Shown here in pieces: positions 58,531-64,000 of a DNA stretch of 64,000 nt. Each line of letters opens with the position of its first letter. The stretch's first letter is position 1. This DNA comes from Candidatus Oleincola secundus (GTDB lineage: Bacteria; Atribacterota; Phoenicimicrobiia; Phoenicimicrobiales; Stramentimicrobiaceae). Under the pieces are notes generated by a model, which saw only the letters and a program-made list of their open reading frames with translations, had not been told where the DNA came from and did no database searches. Both the position numbers and the translations under genes were made by a program. The stretch covers positions 5,978 to 69,977 of the forward strand of contig JAGYLS010000001.1 of the NCBI GenBank assembly GCA_018400815.1. The letters run 5' to 3'.

Positions 58531-59053
58531 TTGTTATAATTGTGAAATATCACACTTTAGAAAGAATATAGTCAACGGATATGGTGTGAAAAATAAAATA
58601 TTATTCATACTTGAAGCACCCGGCTATGTTGAAGATAAAACAGGAAAAATGTTAGTTGGAATAACCGGTAAGTTATTTAAGGCTTTACTAAAAGAAATAG
58701 GAATATATAATCAATCATATTATATTAATGTGATTAGATGTTATCCTAGAAATAGACCACCTAATGAACATGAAATTAAGAATTGTTTACCTTATTTAAT
58801 TAAAGAAATAAGAGAAGTAAATCCTAAGATCATATGTTTGTTAGGTGGTACTGCTTTAAGAACTTATTGGGGAAATCCTTTAGCTAAAGTATCTACTAAT
58901 TTGAATAAAATAAAAATCAATAATGGTAGAATAGTAACTTGTTTATATCATCCTTCTTATGTTTTTAGACCTAAGTCTAATACTAAAATATTAGATTTTA
59001 TAAAACAGCTAGTTATAATTAAAAAATTATTAATAAAATGGGAAAATCTGTAG
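58493..59053 (+). CDS. Uracil-DNA glycosylase family 4-like protein with 4Fe-4S-type Cys pairs.
   Basis: CYNC...GYG, LEAPGYVED (GEAPG motif), VGITGKLF, VIRCYPRNRPP, HPSY (HPS motif). Overlaps the polymerase start by 16 nt. Confidence 0.65.
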   Translation: MVLLIGINMIVNNCYNCEISHFRKNIVNGYGVKNKILFILEAPGYVEDKTGKMLVGITGKLFKALLKEIGIYNQSYYINVIRCYPRNRPPNEHEIKNCLPYLIKEIREVNPKIICLLGGTALRTYWGNPLAKVSTNLNKIKINNGRIVTCLYHPSYVFRPKSNTKILDFIKQLVIIKKLLIKWENL

Positions 59054-61227
59054 TATATGATATAGAAGTATTACCTAATGTATTCACTTTAGTTTTTATT
59101 GATATATCTACAAAGTTAAGTGAAATAGAACATTATAAGAAATTAGATATTAATAATGAAGATACAGTTGAATATTTTAAACATTACATAAATGGAGAAA
59201 TCTTTGTGTTTCACGATAAACATAGGTCAGATGAATTAATAGAAGAAGCATACAGATTAAAAAAGTATGTTAATAATTTAGATATTATATTTGGCTATAA
59301 TAATATAAAATATGATGATGTTTTATTATTTTATTTTCTATCTATTATAGATAAATTCTGTATTTATGTAAATGATAATAAAGTATCTAAATTCTTATTT
59401 GATCTAAAACAATCATCAGATGAATTAATAAATGGTGATCATTTTATATTTACTAAAGAAAAGAAAGCACATAAGTTTTATCCTAATAAACCTACATCTA
59501 TAGATTTACAAAAATTAAACCATTTAGATGTAAGTATGACATCTTTAAAACATTGTGAAGTAATATTAAAATGGCATAATGTTAAAGAGTTTGAATTACC
59601 TCCTATATGCGAATTAGATGCTGATTATTATGTTGAACATATAGCTACTAAAAATGGATATAAAAAAGAAACATTAGCTAAGTATCCTGCTTTATGGAAA
59701 CAAAGAACACAACAATATGAAGTGTTTAATAGGTATATTCCTATTGAATATTTACATAATTTACTATATTATAATATTAATGATGGAATGGCCACTTTAG
59801 TATTATTTAGACATAGTTATTCTGAAATAATACAAAGAGCTAACATTACTAAAAAGTATAATATTAATGTACTTACTTTAAGTAGAAGTTCTACAGCAGA
59901 AAGAATGTTAGTCAATTTCTATTTAAAGAAATCAAATGAAGATTATAAAGATGTTAAAAATAGAATAGATTTATCTCCTATTGTTCCTCTTAGAGAAGTG
60001 GTTGATCCAAAAATAGAATTCAATGATGTTTTATTAAAGGATTTAGTAAATGAGATTAAGAATAATGTTGTTGGTGTAGATAAAAACTTTAAAAAAAGCA
60101 TTGTTTATGCTAATAATAAATTTAGTTTTGGATTAGGAGGAGTACATACCGAAGATAGACCTGGAATATTAGAATCTAAAAATGATTATTACTATAGAGA
60201 TGCTGATGCTGAATCATTTTATCCAACTACATTTATCAATAATAATTTATGTCCTAGACATTTAAAAAGAGAACATTTTATTCCAACTTATATTAATTTA
60301 AGAAATAGAAGATTAGAAGCTAAACATACTAGATATGATGAAAAGGGAAATTTAAATGAAGAACTAGAAACAGAAAATCAAGCATTGAAAATAGTACTTA
60401 ATGCTGTGTATGGTAAAAGTAAAGAACCAAATAGTTTTATTTATGATCCTTATGTTACTTATGGTATTACTATTAATTGTCAACTTTACATTATGAAGTT
60501 AGTTGAAATGTACCATGAAGCAGGAATTAAAATAGTAAATGCTAATACTGATGGCGTAGTTTGTAAAGTGTATGATAAGCAATTAGATGAATATCATAAT
60601 ATTGGAAAGAAATGGGAATTATTATTTAACCAAACATTAGAATATAATAAATATAAAAAATATATTAGGAATGATGTAAATAATTATATAGCTATTAAAG
60701 ATGATGGTAAAATTAAAGCTAAAGGTAGATTACTAAATGATATTGATTTATCTAAAGGCTATAGACATCCTGTTGTTAAAATGGCAGTGTATGAGTATTT
60801 TGTTAATAACATATCATATAGAGACTTTATTATTGATCATATAAAAAAAGATCCTTATCATATTTTAGATTATATGATTTCGGTTAAAATAGGTGGTCAA
60901 TTTGTACCTGAATCACATAGTTTGGATAAAGAAGGAAATAGAATAGTAACGACTTTGTCTAAGACAAATAGATATTATATTTCAAATAAAGGAGAGATAT
61001 TGATTAAAAGGTATCTTGATAAAAACAAATCTATAAATGTGGTTAAGGGTGAATATTTAACTATAATGAATAAGTTTGTATACAAAGATGATTATGATAT
61101 TAAATTTACTTATTACATAAAAGAAGCTGAAAAAATAATAAATAATATATTAGGTAAAATACCTAAATTTAAACATAATAGAGCAATGATAAGTGGAACA
61201 ATGTTTGATGAACTTGAAGATTTTTAA
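59038..61227 (+). CDS. DNA polymerase, family B-like (short form), with an N-terminal DnaQ-type 3'-5' exonuclease.
   Basis: Exo I VYDIEV, Exo II YNNIKYD, Exo III YYNINDG. Pol motif A DAESFYPT (Dx2SLYPS), motif B KIVLNAVYGK (Kx3NSxYG), motif C-like NTDGV. Confidence 0.6.
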   Translation: MGKSVVYDIEVLPNVFTLVFIDISTKLSEIEHYKKLDINNEDTVEYFKHYINGEIFVFHDKHRSDELIEEAYRLKKYVNNLDIIFGYNNIKYDDVLLFYFLSIIDKFCIYVNDNKVSKFLFDLKQSSDELINGDHFIFTKEKKAHKFYPNKPTSIDLQKLNHLDVSMTSLKHCEVILKWHNVKEFELPPICELDADYYVEHIATKNGYKKETLAKYPALWKQRTQQYEVFNRYIPIEYLHNLLYYNINDGMATLVLFRHSYSEIIQRANITKKYNINVLTLSRSSTAERMLVNFYLKKSNEDYKDVKNRIDLSPIVPLREVVDPKIEFNDVLLKDLVNEIKNNVVGVDKNFKKSIVYANNKFSFGLGGVHTEDRPGILESKNDYYYRDADAESFYPTTFINNNLCPRHLKREHFIPTYINLRNRRLEAKHTRYDEKGNLNEELETENQALKIVLNAVYGKSKEPNSFIYDPYVTYGITINCQLYIMKLVEMYHEAGIKIVNANTDGVVCKVYDKQLDEYHNIGKKWELLFNQTLEYNKYKKYIRNDVNNYIAIKDDGKIKAKGRLLNDIDLSKGYRHPVVKMAVYEYFVNNISYRDFIIDHIKKDPYHILDYMISVKIGGQFVPESHSLDKEGNRIVTTLSKTNRYYISNKGEILIKRYLDKNKSINVVKGEYLTIMNKFVYKDDYDIKFTYYIKEAEKIINNILGKIPKFKHNRAMISGTMFDELEDF

Positions 61228-61230
61228 AAT

Positions 61231-61410
61231 ATGAAAAATTTAATTGAACCTGAACATATAGGAGATGGTTTTTATATGTCAGATGAAGGTCATGCTGTAG
61301 CTATTGCTATAAACGACCATAGAAATATAGTAGCTTCTATTGATATAGAAGATGTTGATAAAGCTATTAAATATTTAATAAGAGTTAAACTTAGATATGA
61401 GAAAGTATAA
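61231..61410 (+). CDS. Small hypothetical protein, 59 aa. It is below the ORF-track size cut-off.
   Basis: ATG at 61231 to TAA at 61408-10. It fills the gap between the polymerase and the next gene. Confidence 0.3.
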   Translation: MKNLIEPEHIGDGFYMSDEGHAVAIAINDHRNIVASIDIEDVDKAIKYLIRVKLRYEKV

Positions 61411-61412
61411 TT

Positions 61413-61679
61413 ATGAAAGGTTATTATTATAAAAAATATGCAATAAAAGAAGGAGAAATTGTTGAAATTCATCGTTCTCCTAATCTTACTAAACGTGCTG
61501 TCATAGAAGTAGTTGAATCTTATAGAGATATTCATAACTCTGAAGTAGATGATCCATCTCAAGAAATTCAAGTTATAGCTTTTAGATACCATAATAAATC
61601 TAGTATTATATCTTTTAGTAAAGGTAAAATATTTAAAGAAAAAGAATCACATTTAAAAAAGAAAGCTATTAAAGAGTAA
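61413..61679 (+). CDS. Hypothetical protein, 88 aa.
   Basis: ORF. Confidence 0.4.
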   Translation: MKGYYYKKYAIKEGEIVEIHRSPNLTKRAVIEVVESYRDIHNSEVDDPSQEIQVIAFRYHNKSSIISFSKGKIFKEKESHLKKKAIKE

Positions 61680-61706
61680 TTTAAACAATATTAAATATTA
61701 CAAATT

Positions 61707-63158
61707 ATGACTCGTAATGATAGGCAGAAACAAAGTGTATCTTTAATTAATAGAGATAACAATAATATAATATTAAATTATGTACCCAGATTTGGTAAAA
61801 CTAAAACAGTAATAAAAGCTATAGCTAATGGTAATTATAATGAAATATTTATTGTTGCTCCTAATGATTTATTAAAACGTCATTGGGAGGAAAACATTAG
61901 AAGTGATTATAGTATTTCTAATTTACCTATTTCAATAACAGTAGAAACTGCCCGGAGAGTTGCTTCAAAAAATGATATATTATTTTGTGATCTTCTTGTA
62001 ATAGATGAAATACATAAGTATCTAACTCCTGACTTAAAGGCTATTCTAAATAATGAAATAGTAATATCTAAAAAAATAATAGGTTTAACTGGTACTATGC
62101 CTGTTAAAAAAGAAGATTTGAATTACTTAAAAGCTATATTTCCCCTAACAGATGTAATTACTGAAGAACAAGCTATATTAAATAATTGGATTAGTAACTA
62201 TACAGAATATAACTTAGGTGTTTCTTTTCCAGATAGACAAAAAGACAGATATGCTTCATTAAGTGATACAATAACTAAAGTATTAGAGATATTTAAAAAA
62301 ACTCATTTGCTAATTACTTACAACAATGGGCAAGGAAAGGTCTTTAAGGATGATTTAGCATTAATATATGCTTGTCTTAGGGGAATAACATTAAATAGTA
62401 AATATATTCCTGGAGAAAAAATAAGAGATACTTTAGCTAGGAAAAAAGGTTGGACTAAATCAATATCTTTAAAAGATGATGCTTATTCTGAAAATATAGA
62501 TATTTATTGGAATCCTAATTCTATAAAAGATAATGCCCTGGCTTTTACAAATGCTATTAGAGCTAGAAATAAGTTATTATCTGAATCTTGGATTAAATTA
62601 GATACAGCTGTAGAAATATGTAAAAAGTTTAATGCACCTACTATTATATTTAGTGAAAGTAGTAAATTTGCAGATGATTTAGAATTAAATATTGAAAAAC
62701 ATTATCCGGGTAAAAGTTGTATTTATCATTCAGCTTTAGAGTCTAGATATATGTATGATGTAGAAGGTAATTTAATAACTTATAAAAATGGTAGAGTTAA
62801 GAAGTTTGGTAAAGCTGCTTTAAAGAAATTAGCTGTAGAAGGACTTAAAACTGGAGTATATACTTTTTTATCTACTGTTAAATCATTAGATGAAGGATTT
62901 GATATTCCTAATTTGACTAATGCTATAATAACATCTGGCACAGTTAATCCTTTACAACAACAGCAAAGAAGTGCTAGAGTTAAAACATTAGATTTAATGA
63001 ATACATCTAAATCTCCAAGAGTAATTAATATTTTCTTTAAAGATTTTATCATTAATGGAAATTTGATAAAATCTAGAGATTTAACCAAATTATTAGAGCG
63101 ACAAAAGGTTAATTCTTTTGAACCAGTTTGGATAAATTCAGTAGATGAAATTATCTAA
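61707..63158 (+). CDS. SF2 helicase (DEAD/DEAH-like, ResIII/UvsW-like).
   Basis: Motif I PRFGKTKT, motif II VIDEIHK, motif III GLTGT, motif V TFLSTVKSLDEGFDIPNL, motif VI QQQQRSARV. Confidence 0.7.
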   Translation: MTRNDRQKQSVSLINRDNNNIILNYVPRFGKTKTVIKAIANGNYNEIFIVAPNDLLKRHWEENIRSDYSISNLPISITVETARRVASKNDILFCDLLVIDEIHKYLTPDLKAILNNEIVISKKIIGLTGTMPVKKEDLNYLKAIFPLTDVITEEQAILNNWISNYTEYNLGVSFPDRQKDRYASLSDTITKVLEIFKKTHLLITYNNGQGKVFKDDLALIYACLRGITLNSKYIPGEKIRDTLARKKGWTKSISLKDDAYSENIDIYWNPNSIKDNALAFTNAIRARNKLLSESWIKLDTAVEICKKFNAPTIIFSESSKFADDLELNIEKHYPGKSCIYHSALESRYMYDVEGNLITYKNGRVKKFGKAALKKLAVEGLKTGVYTFLSTVKSLDEGFDIPNLTNAIITSGTVNPLQQQQRSARVKTLDLMNTSKSPRVINIFFKDFIINGNLIKSRDLTKLLERQKVNSFEPVWINSVDEII

Positions 63159-63220
63159 TTATTTTGTTAAATTACTTGTTTGATTCAAAGTAAAGTAGTA
63201 TATTTGTCAACACAAAACCT

Positions 63221-64000
63221 ATGGATAAATTAGCACTCAAAAACCAATTCGATAGCTTAAAAGCCCTCGAAATAGCAGATAAGTTCATTGACAGTTTGAA
63301 AGATTCAACCTACCTTAAAAAGTTTAAAACTACAAATGATGAAGGAAAAGAAATAGTATCTAAAGGTGATGCCTTAGCTGTAATAGTAATGGGTTTTAAA
63401 ATAGGATTAGATCCAATTACATCTTTAAGTATAGGTAGTGAACTGAAAGGTTCTAAAATATATGCTGTAGATAAAGGTGTAGCTTTAGGGTTAACTCCTT
63501 TAGAAGCTATTAAATTAATTCATGTAATCACTAATAAACAAGGTAGTAATACTGTATATAGTGGAATTGATTTAATTACTAGACAATTAAATAAAGCTAA
63601 AGTCAAAATAGAAATATTAAAAGACCATGAGCCTATTTATTCTTATGAAGTTAGAGCTAAGGACAAAAACGGGAAATCTATATTTGTACCTGTAGATACA
63701 AATAGAATAATAGAAAATGATACTATATTAGATAAATATTATCTGTATGATGCTTCTTCAACTCAAGAAGAAATAAATAAAGCTAAAGAAGAAAATAAAT
63801 TAATAATTAGAAGATACATTTCTGATTATGAAACAGTAGTTAGATTAACTAGAACAGAAACAGATACTATTATTTCATTAAGTTATAAACGATCACAAGC
63901 TGTTAAAGCTGGATACTTAGAAGTAACAGATCAAAGTGGAAATGTAATAATACCCGGAAAATTAAATTGGAATAACCATGAAGTAGAAATGATGAGAGCC
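63221..64000 (+). CDS. RecT-like single-strand annealing protein. It is 3'-truncated by the window end.
   Basis: ALAVIVMGFKIGLDPITSL (RecT 'aLm.caqlGLeP') and TVYSGIDLITRQL (RecT 'IGYrGmidLarRs'). Confidence 0.4.
   Translation, partial: MDKLALKNQFDSLKALEIADKFIDSLKDSTYLKKFKTTNDEGKEIVSKGDALAVIVMGFKIGLDPITSLSIGSELKGSKIYAVDKGVALGLTPLEAIKLIHVITNKQGSNTVYSGIDLITRQLNKAKVKIEILKDHEPIYSYEVRAKDKNGKSIFVPVDTNRIIENDTILDKYYLYDASSTQEEINKAKEENKLIIRRYISDYETVVRLTRTETDTIISLSYKRSQAVKAGYLEVTDQSGNVIIPGKLNWNNHEVEMMRA

Noticed and set aside
62780-63088. Minus-strand ORF inside the SF2 helicase gene.
   Set aside because: It is antisense to a gene with clear helicase motifs.
1-64000. CRISPR array.
   Set aside because: No series of regularly spaced identical repeats of about 30 bp was found. 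The only tandem repeats are two-copy in-frame duplications and short AT-rich iterons.
1-64000. Integrase or excisionase, and therefore prophage or temperate status.
   Set aside because: No tyrosine or serine recombinase motifs were recognised in any ORF. The element is therefore described as probably virulent, but the window is only part of the genome.

Overview
This window looks like a segment of a large, AT-rich (about 27-30% GC) virulent dsDNA phage genome. Genes lack Shine-Dalgarno sites and are tightly packed, which suggests a Bacteroidota-type host; that is inference. The window splits into two divergently transcribed arms around a 1.27-kb AT-rich intergenic region at 41.5-42.8 kb. The minus-strand arm (1-41.5 kb) is the morphogenesis and lysis module. 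In transcription order it carries a GroES-like protein, a RecB/Cas4-like PD-(D/E)xK nuclease, the large terminase subunit, the portal, a scaffold-like acidic protein and a candidate major capsid protein. These are followed by tail and fiber genes, a holin plus M15-peptidase endolysin pair, and four giant virion proteins of 786 to more than 1388 aa; the last of these runs off the window start. The plus-strand arm (42.8-64 kb) is the early and replication module. It carries many small ORFs, a GH16-like glycoside hydrolase and a Dda/RecD-like SF1 helicase. The helicase is split at motif VI by a group I intron carrying a GIY-YIG homing endonuclease. A family-4 UDG-like protein, a short family-B DNA polymerase, an SF2 helicase and a partial RecT-like annealing protein follow. 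The most unusual signals come next. The first is a GC-rich island (up to 58% GC against the 28% background) covering the C-terminal C-type-lectin/FGE-sulfatase-like domain of a tail-fibre gene and the neighbouring gene with two CBM5/12 modules. The last 126 nt of that fibre gene are strongly adenine-depleted, as in a diversity-generating-retroelement variable region, but no reverse transcriptase or template repeat is visible in the window. The second is a GC-elevated, self-contained 'moron' cassette at the module junction. The third is a 30-bp GC-rich element present as an inverted pair 9.3 kb apart. The fourth is a hairpin-dense non-coding region with a tRNA-like 3' fragment. No canonical tRNA, CRISPR array, integrase or virion-RNAP DxDGD motif was found.
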